Source of the DNA: Octopus sinensis
Taxonomy: Eukaryota
NCBI RefSeq assembly: GCF_006345805.1
Contig: NC_043004.1
Location: forward strand, 75,764,001 to 75,828,000
Direction: 5' to 3'
Length of the DNA: 64,000 nt
Part shown: positions 25,830-37,690 of the stretch, piece after piece
Layout: the number at the start of each line of letters is the position of its first letter
Position numbering within the stretch: the first letter of the stretch is position 1
Made by a program: the position numbers and the translations under genes
The notes under the pieces: model-generated
Told to the model about the DNA's origin: nothing
Seen by the model: the letters and a program-made list of their open reading frames with translations, nothing else
Database searches by the model: none

Positions 25830-26640
25830 ATAATAATAATCCTTTCTACTGTAGACACAAGGTTTGAAATTTTATGGGGGGACTACTAGATTACATTGAC
25901 CCCAGTGTTTCACTGGTACCTAATTTATCGACCCCGAAAGGATTAAAGGAAAAGTTAACCTCAGCGGGATTTGAGCTCAGAGCATAAAGGCATATGAAAT
26001 GCCTCTAATTATTTCATCGAGCGTGCTAACGATTCTGCCAGCTTGCCACCTTAATAATAACAATAATGATGGTTTCAAAATTTGCCACAAGGGCAGCAAT
26101 TTTGGAGTAGGGGATGAGTTGATCACATCGACCTCAGTGTTTCACTGGCACCTAATTTATCGACCCTGAAAGGATGAAAGGAAAAGCTGACCTCAGCAGA
26201 ATTTGAACTCAAAACATAAAAACAGACGAAATGCCAGTAATTATTTCGTCCAGCATGCAAACGATTCTGCCAGCTTACCACCTTAATAATAATAATAATA
26301 ATAATAATGATGATGATTTCAAACTATGGTACAAGGCCAGCAGTTTCTGGGGAGGAGATAAGTCAATTACATTGACCCCAGTATGCAACTAGTACTTGTT
26401 TTATCAACCTCAAAAGGATGAAAGGCAAAGACGAACAAAATGCCACTAAGTATTTTGTCTGGTATGCTAACAAGTCCGCCAGCTCGTTACTTATACAAAT
26501 AGGTAATTGGCATATATGCATATGTCAGGAGTTCTGGCTCTTTCTTTAGCACCACATCTGACCCAATAATAATGATAATAATAATAATAATCCTTTCTAC
26601 TATAGGCACAAAGTATGATATTTGAGGGGAGGGGGTCTAG
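25830..26640 (-). mobile_element. Tandem cluster of three (plus one partial) SINE B copies separated by (AAT)n
   Basis: gttt/cactgg..ttatc..aaaggatg/taaagg block recurs at ~25.9, 26.15 and 26.4 kb; (AAT)n spacers between copies. Confidence 0.8.
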
Positions 26641-27198
26641 TTATTGTTATTCCCCTTGTTCAGTCTTTTGTGTCATTAGTTATATTTTAGTTTTTGGTCC
26701 AAATTAGATTGCCTCATTTGCCATTCCTCCTGACAGCTTCCTTCCTTTCATTATTGAAATTAATATTCAATAATTAGCTTTTGATATTTAGTTGAAGTTG
26801 GAAGTAGATTACAACTATCGCTCTTTGCACAAGGAGAACATTATATTTTCATCAGAGATAAATGTTTTTCCTCATAAAATATGTCCAAAAGATAATAAAA
26901 TCCTAGAAATTAATAACATTTCCAATAAAACATGAAAACGTTCTTAAGAAAAGACGAAACATGTTCTTGGCTAAAATATTTCTTCTCTGTACTCTACATA
27001 AATTCTAGTATATTAGCATAGTAAGTGTTTTTTTAGTTGCATATTGACTAGAATTTGTGGTGGTTAAAAGAATTTTGGGTTATGTTCTCACATGAATAAG
27101 AAATGCCATATCTGATAGCATAAAAGATGCATGGGTATATTAGATGTACCCTAGGTTCAGCAATGCATGTTTGGGAGAAAATGTTTTTAGTGCATCGA

Positions 27199-27594
27199 AG
27201 CAGGTGTGGCTGTGTGGTAAGAAGCTTGCTTCCCAACCACATGGTTTGGGGTTCAGTTCCATTGCGTGGCTCCTTGGGCAAGTGTCTTCTACTATAGACT
27301 CAGGCCGACCACACCCTTGTAAGTGGATTTGGTAGATGGAAACTGAAAGAAGCCCATCGTGTACATGCATGTGTGTGTATATGTCTTTGTGTCTGTGTTT
27401 GTTTCCCACCACCTTGTCAACCAGTGTTGGTGTGTTTACATCCCTGTAACTTAGCAGTTCAGCAAATGAGGCCCAATAGAATAAGTACCAGGCTTTAAAA
27501 AGGTTCTGAGGTTGATTCATTTGGTTTAAATTCTTCAAAGTAGTTCCTCCAGCATGACCAAAGTCTAACAACTGAAGCAGGTAAAAGATAAAAG
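27199..27594 (+). mobile_element. SINE family C
   Basis: Head, core and tail all present. Confidence 0.85.
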
Positions 27595-27705
27595 ACAAAG
27601 CATGTAATATAGGCCCAACTTCACATTTAGGACCCAGGGTGGGTTTTTTTTTTAGACTAGAAAAATGTACATCTTATATGGGCACTGGTATTTGGATGCT
27701 GATGA

Positions 27706-28157
27706 TTTGGCTGAGTTCCTTTCAAATGTTGAGCCTCGCGAAGGCGAAGTGGCTGAGTTCCTTTCAAGTGTTGAGCCTCACAGAGGCAAGGTGGCTGAGT
27801 TCCTTTTGAGTGTTGAGCCTCACGGAGGCAAGGTGGCTGAGTTTGTTTCGAGTGTTAGACCTCACAGAGGCAATGACTGAGACCTTTGGCCTTATGTCAT
27901 GCTCAAGAAGACTCATCAGGCCAAGCAAAGTCGCAGTCATGGCAGGTACCAGTGTCACACAAGTGGCACCCATGCTGGTGGCACATAAAAGCACCCATTA
28001 CACTCTCAGAGTGGTTGGTATTAGGAAGTGCATCCAGCCATAGAAAACCATGCCAAATCAGACTGGAGCCTAGCGCAGCCTTCCAGCATGCTATCCTAGT
28101 CAAACCATGCAACCCATGCCAGTATGGACAACAGATGTTAAATGATGAGGATGATGT
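27706..28157 (+). mobile_element. RTE-related 3' end with a 4x42-bp tandem repeat at its 5' side
   Basis: ggctgagtt at 27709, 27751, 27793 and 27835; RTE-type UTR and (GAT)n tail follow. Confidence 0.8.
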
Positions 28158-29387
28158 TTAGCATAAACATTTTCTCCTCTCCTCAAACACATAATAAGAA
28201 ATATTTTCACACGTAAACACTGAGAGAGAGAGAAACCTTAAAATGAGAGAGAGGTATTAAAATGTCTGGTGTCAAATGAGTCAGTGTTGAATCAGCAGTG
28301 CCAGATAGGTGACACCGCAACGGCTGTGCCAAAACGTCTCATATCTCTACATCCTATTTTTATGTCATTTACATAAGCAGAATTGTTGTCATATGTCTTG
28401 TATTAGTACATAGGCTTGTGTCGAATATGACCAAGGAAACCAAGTTTAGCTTGCTGTCTCTAAAACTAAATTGATAGAATGGAGAAAATACAAAAAATAT
28501 ATGTAAGTAATTGTTTTATGAAACAATGTTTGTTTATGTTGTCAAAAAATATTAATACCAAAGAGAGTGAACTATGTAAGAGCGACAGGGAGGCGGGAGG
28601 GAATTTAGGTTCTTTTGTGAGTGTGTGTGTGTGTGTGTGTGTTAGATATATAAAAAAAAGTCTGTTTGTACATGTATATGTATGAGATAGAAACAGGGAA
28701 TGTTGGTGTATATGACAAACAAATTTATATATATATATATAATGTTCATATAGACATACATATATAAGTATAATTTCCAACAACAGCTGGTCTTAATATA
28801 TGTTTTTTTTCTCTCCAAACAATTTACAATAGCTGACTTTTTTTTTTACTGTTTCTCTGCAAAAAATATATATATCTATATCAGCTAAACTACTATTTTC
28901 TTACATCACACTTTTTCTTTCATTCTTCCACTCTCTACCAATATCAACCACAGGCAGGGTCAGACTCTTATTTTCTTACTCGACAGACTGTGGCATCGGC
29001 AAAATTCTCTTGCAGAGGCGTATGCTGACATGTAGCGGTTGGATTTTGAATTAAATAACTTAGTTTATGCCAACATATTAGAGCTTTGTGTTCCTTAATC
29101 CATTATAGTGAAATTCTATATGAATAAGAAGCCAGAATTTTTCTGCGTGTTTATTTCTTTATTTATTCATAGTTTCATTGAAATATTATATCGTATGGAA
29201 GCCACATTTTTCTTCAAGCATCTAATCTAATTGCCCAGCTCCCTTCCTTTTATTTTACCTCTGTCATTCCAACCCAATCTTTTAACTTGAAATTACGAGC
29301 GAGCGTGTGTATAACAGACTGTTGGTTGAACTATGCTACTTCGAGCCAGGTCTTTGAATGTGTGTGTGTACATGTGTGCATGTGTTA

Positions 29388-29460
<73 letters not shown>

Positions 29461-29894
29461 TATATGTGGTTCTAAACTGTACAAAAAGCAAGAGACGGAG
29501 ACAGATGAGGAAACAACATACAAGGTGTGTTAATTTAACTCTCTGGAAAAATGGAAGAGACTTCAGCGTTTTGAGTTTACACTCATCTACAGAAATAAAT
29601 GAGAGAGAAAACAGATGGAGAGAGGGGAAAAAATGGTGTGAGAAAAAAAACTTGTTTGGATTAACAGATGCAATGTTGAATTAGGTATATATATATATGC
29701 ATGCTAATACAAAACCAGCATTAGACTCCTCATTTGTATCATTATTGAACCAAGAGCTTAACTACGATCTGTCCATAGCACTTACTTAGCATTACCTGAC
29801 ACTCTTTGGGTCTTCTAGACACCAATACTTTTGATATATGTATATATACATGCATACACACACAAACACACACACACTAAATAATCTGGCTCTA

Positions 29895-30354
29895 TAATAG
29901 TATAGGTCCACCCACAGTTCTTTATGCCAGTGAAACATGGAAGAACACCTTGAAAACCATCTGAAAAACTAAGTTTGTGTCACCAAAAATGCTTCAGAAG
30001 GTTTTTGAGAATGTACTGACAAGACCACATGACCATGAAGAAGGCATTCTAGAGAGTGCCAACACAAGACCACTTAACCAGATCATCACAGGAAGAAGAA
30101 GAAGAAGAAGATTAAAAGTAGCAAGTCCCATACTTTGGCTGCCTGAACAAGAATATTTTAAAACAGCTTTCAAATGGACACCACCAAAGGGAACAAGAAA
30201 GAGAGGTTGGGCAAAAACTAGATGGCAGAGAACATTCATAACTGAGGTGAGAGAGGCCAATATCACATGGCCAGATGCAGAGGAAACTGCAGCCAACAGA
30301 AACCAGTGGCATCAACTTGTTGCTCAATGTGTACAAGAGGGACTGGAAAACTAA
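29895..30354 (+). pseudogene. Degenerate RTE-clade ORF C-terminal fragment (second lineage)
   Basis: PTVLYASETW upstream and WTPPKGTRKRGWAKTRWQRT..AANRNQWHQLV in ORF 29977-30354. Confidence 0.7.
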
Positions 30355-30387
30355 ATATAGATTGTTTTGCAATTTTATATATATATA

Positions 30388-30435
30388 CAGTAGTACCTTG
30401 GTTTTCAAAACAACCCCGATCGCGAATAAATCGTG

Positions 30436-30505
<70 letters not shown>

Positions 30506-30640
30506 TATATATAAAGCATGATTTATTCGTGATCAGAGGCATTAAACGAGGTACTACCGTATTAAATGAATATGAGAAAGACAAGAGATAAAGTATGATT
30601 TATTTGTGATCAGAGATGTTCAAAAACCGAGGTTCTACTG
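30388..30640. mobile_element. pogo/Tigger-type (Tc1-mariner) MITE with TA TSD and central (AT)n
   Basis: ta-cagtagtaccttgg at 30386; inverted ends cgaggtactaccg-ta (30559) and ccgaggttctactg-ta (30640). Confidence 0.75.
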
Positions 30641-30658
30641 TATATATATATATATATA

Positions 30659-30697
<39 letters not shown>

Positions 30698-31304
30698 CTG
30701 CGTAGCATTCGATTATAAATAAATAAAAAATACACATTAAGTATAGGATAAAATGCCAATTATAATCCTCTATATTTTCCGTCCCCCCCCCCGGTCCACT
30801 CCCCCCCCGCTCCCTACTATCTTTCATTCCTTCTCCCTTCTTCTCACTCCCTTTGTTTCATTCCTTCAACCTCTCTCTGGCCCCCCTTCCCATCTGCCTG
30901 TTGCTGACACATGACTACAGGCAGTTTCTCTTGCCCCTGTCTTTTCTGGATAAGATGTCCCTCAGCCTGGATGTCATTTCTCTCTCCTCCTGACATTTTT
31001 TTCTCTTCTACTATTTTCTTATCTTCTATTTATTCTGTTTCTTTTAAAAAATTTCTCCCAGGCATTACCCATTACAATTCAGCTTTGCCTAACAGCCCTT
31101 AATGTTTGTCTTCGTCGATTGTTTATTTTGTATGTCCACTCTGTTGTTTATTCATTCAAAGCCCCTAACTCTCCACAAATTTTATATTTTAAAAATTTCT
31201 GGATGCTGCTGTCTTATGAAGTTTTCCTATCTTGCCGTTAAAAGCACGAAATAGGGAGTAGTAAAACAGTAGACATCTGACTCTCTTGGTATTTTGTCTT
31301 GTAA

Positions 31305-31610
31305 CTTAGGTAAAAAGCGCCGTCCGAACGTGGCTGATGCCAGCGCTACCTGACTGGCGTCCATGTCGGTGACACGTAAAAGCACCAACCGATCGTGGCT
31401 GTTTGCCAGCCTCCTCTGGCCCCTGTGCCAGTGGCACATAAAAAGCACCCACTTTACTCACAGAGTGGTTGGCGTTAGGAAGGGCATCCAGCTCTAGAAA
31501 CACTGCCAGATCAGACTGGAGCTTTGTGCAGACCCCGGTCAAACCATCCAACCCATGCTAGCATGGAAAACAGATGTTAAACGATGATGATGATGATGAT
31601 GATGATGATG
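31305..31610 (+). mobile_element. RTE LINE 3' end
   Basis: Diagnostic motif and (GAT)n tail running into (AT)n. Confidence 0.85.
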
Positions 31611-31989
31611 ATATATATATATATATATATGATGTACGTCTGAATTACATAAATGCACAGCTTCTTGAGTGTATTTTTATTATGTAACGACTTAGATTAT
31701 ATCTGTTTTGCTTTTGCTTTTTATTTATCACACCCTCCTTGTCTTCTCTTCGATGCATGTTTGGTCACACAACTTGTGGTACCCCATTCATTTACACACA
31801 CCCTACTTCACTTATTTTATATAGCAAACACTAAAAGAAAGTCAGTAATCTTTTACAGTTAACATAAACAGCTGGGTGGGGTACAGCAGTTGAGATGTAT
31901 AGTTGCATAGCAACATAAACTGCACAGGTGCATTTAAAATGCATGATTTAAAAAAGAAAGAAACCTAGTGTTATTACATTTGTTAGTGT

Positions 31990-32048
31990 TTATGTGTGTA
32001 GATAGATAGATAGACAGACGGATAGATAGATAAATAGATAGACAGATG

Positions 32049-32106
<58 letters not shown>

Positions 32107-32641
32107 TGGATGGACAGACAGGTAGAGATAGATAGACAGACAGACAGGTCGATTGATCAACAGATAGATAGACAGATATATAGAGATAGATAGATAGATC
32201 AATTGATCTATTGATCAATCAATCGACAGATAGATAGACAGATCAACAGATATTAGATAGATAAATAGATAGATAGACAGACGGATAGATAGATAGATAG
32301 ACAGACGGATGGATTGATATATAGATAGACAGACAGGCAGACAGATAGATAGATCAATTGATCTATTGATCAATCAATCGACAGATAGACAGATCAACAG
32401 ATATTAGATAGATAAATAGATAGATAGATAGATAGATCTCTCTAACAACCGATAGATAGAGACACACAGACAGAGAAATATAGATATGTATGTATGCAAA
32501 TGTATTTTTATATGTACAATATACTTCTTGGAACAGATTTAAAGAACAACATTGTTGCCATAAGCAATATATTTATCCATTCCAAGGTGGAGCTGAATAA
32601 TTAAATGTTATGTAATGTGATATTTTCAGAAAGTATATATT

Positions 32642-32673
<32 letters not shown>

Positions 32674-32901
32674 AGTTATTGTTTTAAAGTACATTTGAGA
32701 ATGACAACGAAACATTTGCTAATGGTGTAACTCTATACTGAGAGTATAGACATAATGCGCAGACACATACATATAGATAGACAGACAGACAGATAGACAC
32801 ACCCATATAGACAGACGGACAGACAGACAGACAGATAGGTTAGATAGACAGACAGACAGATAGATAGATAGAGAGACAGGTGGGTAGGTAGGCAGGTAGA
32901 T

Positions 32902-32941
<40 letters not shown>

Positions 32942-32978
32942 CAGGTGGGTAGGTAAGTAGGTAGGTAGGCAGGTAGAT

Positions 32979-33030
<52 letters not shown>

Positions 33031-33120
33031 CAGGTGGGTAGGTAAGTAGGTAGGTAGGCAGGTAGATTAGATAGATAGATAGATAGATAGATAGACAGGT
33101 GGGTAGGTAGGCAGGTAGAT

Positions 33121-33156
<36 letters not shown>

Positions 33157-33235
33157 CAGATAGATAGATAGATAGATAGACAGGTGGGTAGGTAAGTAGG
33201 TAGGTAGGCAGGTAGATTAGATAGATAGATAGATT
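31990..33235 (+). repeat. Compound (ATAG)/(ACAG)/(GTAG) tetranucleotide region
   Basis: Direct reading; interrupted by ~32460-32760 unique and (GT)n sequence. Confidence 0.9.
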
Positions 33236-34550
33236 GAAAGAGAAAGATAGGCATAGCTGTAGTATGGTTAAGAAGTTCACTTCCCAACTACATGGTTTCA
33301 GGTTCAGTCCCACTGCTTGACACCTTAGCCCCAAACTGACCAAAATCTTATCAATTTGGTTGACATAAACAGAAAGAAGCCTATTATACTGGGAATATTT
33401 ACTTATTTGTCTTCAGCAAGAAATTTTCTCCATGACAAAATACAGTGGCTTTCTTACAGGTTTGAATATACCTGAAGCATATTTCAACTGGTAGCCAGTT
33501 TGTATTTGCATGCTTCACTGCATTGCATTGTCACGCCATATTATATTTCTCCATGTGTGTGCGTGTGTCCTAATTTTGATGTCATGCAAAAGTTGTAAAC
33601 AAACCTCACCATCATACAAGTCATATCATGTTTTTCTAATCTTTCAGTCCGGACACGGAGATATATTTGCCTTGCTTGGAAATAAGCATCCAGCTGTTGA
33701 AAACCTACTTCAACAAATTCTGTTGGCTATTTTCAGCAGATGGAGTGACCTCTTACACAGATTGCTTATTGCTTCAATTTACTTGGTTGTAGAATGGATA
33801 CCAAACACTTATGAACAGGTCATCGGAACAAGCTGACCAGTGTTCTGTCTGATGAAAAAGATAGGGTCTCTTTACATTATAAACATGTACTGGTGCCACA
33901 TATAAAGCACCTGTGCTGATGTCACATAATAAGATTCTTGTAACTGGTTCCATGTAAAAAGCACCCAGTACAGTATGTAATGCGGTTGGCATCAGGAAGG
34001 GCATCCAGCCTTAGAACCTTTGCCAAAACTGACATTTGGGGCATGTTGCCAGCTCCTGTCAAACCATCCAACCCATGCCAGCATGGAAAACAGACGTTAA
34101 ATGATGATGATGATTACCCAGTAATGCTTACTTATTAATTGTTTTTGAATTAATCATGTATTATTTTGTAGCTTTGAGAGTTCAGTGATGTGATTGTTTG
34201 TTTTTAGAATAACATTGAAGGGTCTGTGTGAGAGGCTGGATCTGCTGGTTTGAACATGAAACGTGCAAAAATTTTTGCCAACATGGCCAGTTTAAATGCT
34301 AAAGGGTGAAAGTGATGAACTAGCAGAATCATTAGCATGCATTTCTTCCAGTTCTTTACATTCTGAGTTCAAATGCTGTCAAGGTCAGCTCACTAAGGCA
34401 GCAAGTTTGCAGAATCGTTAGCACAATGGACAAAATGCTATTTACCATTTCTTTGAAGTTCAAATTCTGCTGAGGCTGACTTTACCTTTCATCCTTTTGG
34501 GAGTTGATGAAATAAGTACCAGTTGAGCACTGGGGTCAATGTAATTACCA

Positions 34551-34752
34551 AGCACCCTTCCCCAAAATCTCAGGCCCAAACTTAGCACCCTTCTAGTACC
34601 CTTCTCCAAAATCTCAGGCACAAGCTCACACTCTTCTAGCACCCTTCCCCAAATTCTCAGGCCCAAACAAGCACCCTTCCCCAAAATCTCAGGCCCAAAC
34701 TTAGCATCCTTCCCTAAATTCTCAGGCCCAAAGTAGCACCCTTCCCCAAAAT
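34551..34752 (+). repeat. ~33-bp minisatellite, about 6 units
   Basis: gcacccttccccaaaatctcaggcccaaa units at 34552, 34585, 34639, 34671, 34704 and 34736. Confidence 0.85.
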
Positions 34753-34899
34753 CAAGCTTGCTTCGTAACCACATTCTTCTAACTTCCATCCCACTGCATG
34801 GCACCTTGGGCAAATGCCTCCTACTTTAGCCTCAGGCCAATCATTACCTTGTGAGTGGATCTGTAGATAGAAAGTGAAAGAAGCTCATCATATATATAT

Positions 34900-35599
34900 C
34901 ATCATCATCATCATCATCATCATTTAGCATCCGTTCTCCATGCTAGCATGGCTTGGACGGTTCAACTGGGGTCTGTGAAGCTGGAAGGCTTCATCAGGCC
35001 CAGTCAGATCTAGCAGTGTTTCTACGGCTGGATGCCCTTCCTAACGCCAACCACTCCGTGAGTGTAGTGGGTGCTTTTTACGTGCCACCCGCACAGGTGC
35101 CAGACAGAGCTGGCAAACGGCCACGGACGGATGGTGCTTTTACGTGTCACCGGCAAGGGGCCAGGCGAGGCTGGCAACGGACACGAACGGATGGTGCTTT
35201 TACGTGCCACCAACACGGGGGCCAGACAGAGCTGGCAAACGGCCACGAAACGGATGGTGCTTTTACGTGTCACCGGCACGGGGGCCAGGCGAGGCTGGCA
35301 ACGGACACGAACGGATGGTGCTTTTACATGTCACCGACATGGGGGCCAGACAGGGCTGGCAAACGGCTACAAACGGATGGTGCTTTTACATGTCACCGAC
35401 ATGGGGGCCAGACAGGGCTGGCAAACGGCCACGAACGGATGGTGCTTTTACGTGTCACCGGCACGGGGGCCAGACAGAGCTGGCAAACGGCCACGAACGG
35501 ATGGGGGCCAGACAGGGCTGGCAAACGGCCACGAACGGATGGTGCTTTTACGTGTCACCGGCATGGGGGCCAGACAGAGCTGGCAAACGGCCACGAACG
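34900..35599 (-). mobile_element. RTE 3' end with ~9x61-bp internal repeat, inserted in the (TA)n of a SINE C (34753-35710)
   Basis: ggatggtgcttttac recurs every 60-63 bp; SINE C halves lie on either side. Confidence 0.85.
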
Positions 35600-35921
35600 G
35601 ATATATATATATATATATATATCAGTGTGTGTGGCTTCGTATCTGTGTTTGTCCCCCACTAATGCTTGACAACCAATATTGGTGTGTTTACATCCATGTA
35701 ACTTAGCAGTTGAGAGGTTAGAGTATGATTGAAGGTCTTACTATAGAGAACCCTCCCCAGTAGGACAAGGTGGGAGAGAGTTAGCGAGAGAAAGAGAGAG
35801 ACAATTAGAGTGAAATATATATCTCTAATGTACATTATTTACATTAGCATTTGACAAATATTTGTCCTCATCTTGTTTGTTGTTAAAACAGCATTTAGGT
35901 TGATATACCCTCCAGCCATAT

Positions 35922-36012
35922 GGCCACGGACATATGGCATAATGGTTAAGAGCACAGGCTACTAACCCCAAGATTCTGAGTTCAATTCCAGGCAGCAACC
36001 TGAATAATAATA

Positions 36013-36048
<36 letters not shown>

Positions 36049-36221
36049 TCGAAAAATACCTTAGGAATGAGAACCCAAGTTTGAAATTTCCCCAAGACAC
36101 CTGATGAAGGCTGGCGGGTATATCAGCCGAAATGTTGTGTTAACAACAAACAAGATGAGGACAAATATCTGTCAAATGTAAATAATGTCCATAATTCCTC
36201 ATCTCTTAAATACAGAACTGT
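35922..36221 (+). mobile_element. tRNA-headed non-autonomous element with Penelope-type 3' module
   Basis: A box tggcataatgg 35935-35945, B box gagttcaattcc 35978-35989, (AAT)n, then the hammerhead-bearing module; an inverted partial copy of that module lies at 35828-35917. Confidence 0.75.
36096..36141 (+). ncRNA. Minimal type I hammerhead ribozyme motif
   Basis: Stem I acac/gtgt, core CTGATGA (36101-36107) plus an extra A, stem II ggctg/cagcc, GAAA (36129-36132), minimal stem III, putative GUU site (36134-36136). Confidence 0.7.
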
Positions 36222-36331
36222 ATTTCTAATGTGTTGATACATATTTATCTGTATGGAATTCTGAACTGTCTCTCTCCAGTTGAACCTGAGCAAGAAGATA
36301 TTGTTACAGAAAACACTCGATAACAAGAGTT

Positions 36332-37690
36332 CTGTTTATTTAGAAAAAAACTATTTCAAATTGCCCAATGGATCAGCCTTGATACACCAGAGTGAGTTCA
36401 CTCACTCTCCTCTCTCCCTCCTCTCTCTTCTCTCTCTCCCTCCCCTCCTCTCTCCTCTCTCTCTCTTTATTTAAAAAAAGTATTTCCTATTGCCCTATGG
36501 ATCAGCCTTGATACACCAGAGTGAGTTCACTCACTCTCCTCTCTCCCTCCTCTCTCTTCTCTCTCTCCCTCCCCTCCTCTCTCCTCTCTCTTTATTTAGA
36601 AAAAGTATTTCCTATTGCCCTATGGATCAGCCTTGATACACCAGAGTGAGTTCACTCACTCTCCTCTCTCCCTCCTCTCTCTTCTCTCTCTCCCTCCCCT
36701 CCTCTCTCCTCTCTCTCTCTTTATTTAGAAAAAGTATTTCCTATTGCCCTATGGATCAGCCTTCTCGATACACCAGAGTTCGTGAGTCTCTCCACCTCTT
36801 CCTCTCTCCCTCCCTCTCATTCCTCTCTCTCCTCCCCTCCTTTTCCTTTCCTCTCTCTTCTCTCTCCCTCCCCTTCTCTCTCCTCTCTCTCTCTTTATTT
36901 AGAAAAATATTTCCTATTGCCTATGGATCAGCCTTGATACACCAGAGTGAGTTCACTCACTCTCCTCTCTCCCTCCTCTCTCTTCTCTCTCTCCTCCCCT
37001 CCTCTTCTCCTCTCTCTTTATTTAGAAAAAAGTATTTCCTATTGCCTATGGATCAGCCTTGATACACCAGAGTGAGTTCATCACTCTCCTCTCTCCTCTC
37101 TCTCTCCTCTCTCTTCTCTCTCTCCCTCCCCTTCTCTCTCCTCTCTCTCTCTTTTATTTAGAAAAAGTATTTCCTATTGCCCTATGATCAGCAGCCTTGA
37201 TACACCAGAGTGAGTTCACTCACTCTCCTCTCTCCCCCTCTCTCTTCTCTCTCTCTCCCTCCCCTCCTCTCTCCTCTCTCTCTCTTTATTAGAAAAAGTA
37301 TTTCCTATTGCCCTAATGGATCAGCCTGATACACCAGAGTGAGTTCACTCACTCTCCTCCTCCCTCCTCTCCTCTCTCTCTCCCTCCCCTCCTCTCTCCT
37401 CTCTCCTCTCTTTATTTAGAAAAAGTATTTCCTATTTCCCCTATGGATCAGCCTTGATACACCAGAGTGAGTTCACTCACTCTCCTCTCTCCCTCCTCTC
37501 TCTTCTCTCTCTCCCTCCCCTCCTCTCTCCTCTCTCTCTCTTTATTTAGAAAAAGTATTTCCTATTGCCCTATGGATCAGCCTTGATACACTAGTGTGAG
37601 TTCACTCTCTCACTCTCCTCTCTCTCCCTCCTTCCTCTCTCTCTCCCTCCTCTCTCTCTCCCTCCTTCCTCTCTCTCTCTCTCTCTCATA
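36332..37690 (+). repeat. ~129-bp minisatellite, 10 units, CT-rich
   Basis: atg(g)atcag unit starts at 36368, 36497, 36622, 36751, 36923, 37048, 37184, 37316, 37443 and 37572. Confidence 0.95.

Noticed and set aside
33648-33820. Strong acceptor followed by an open frame (PDTEIYLPCLEISIQLL...)
   Set aside because: The segment matches an interspersed repeat also seen on the minus strand at ~6780-6935 (ccttgcttggaaa, gcatcc motifs), and there is no good donor
33847-33870. Other CTGATGA/TCATCAG occurrences (also ~46607, 57613, 34992)
   Set aside because: No stem II followed by GAAA and no stem I, so these are not hammerheads
34953-35706. 238-, 211- and 172-aa repetitive ORFs
   Set aside because: They are read through the 61-bp repeat of the RTE 3' UTR, on the strand opposite the element
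35922-36000. tRNA gene
   Set aside because: A and B boxes are present but I could not build a convincing acceptor stem or cloverleaf; treated as a SINE-type head, like all other tRNA-like segments here
36332-37690. CRISPR-like appearance (constant block plus variable block with a palindrome)
   Set aside because: The variable parts are CT-length variants of one sequence, not unique spacers; eukaryotic context with no cas genes
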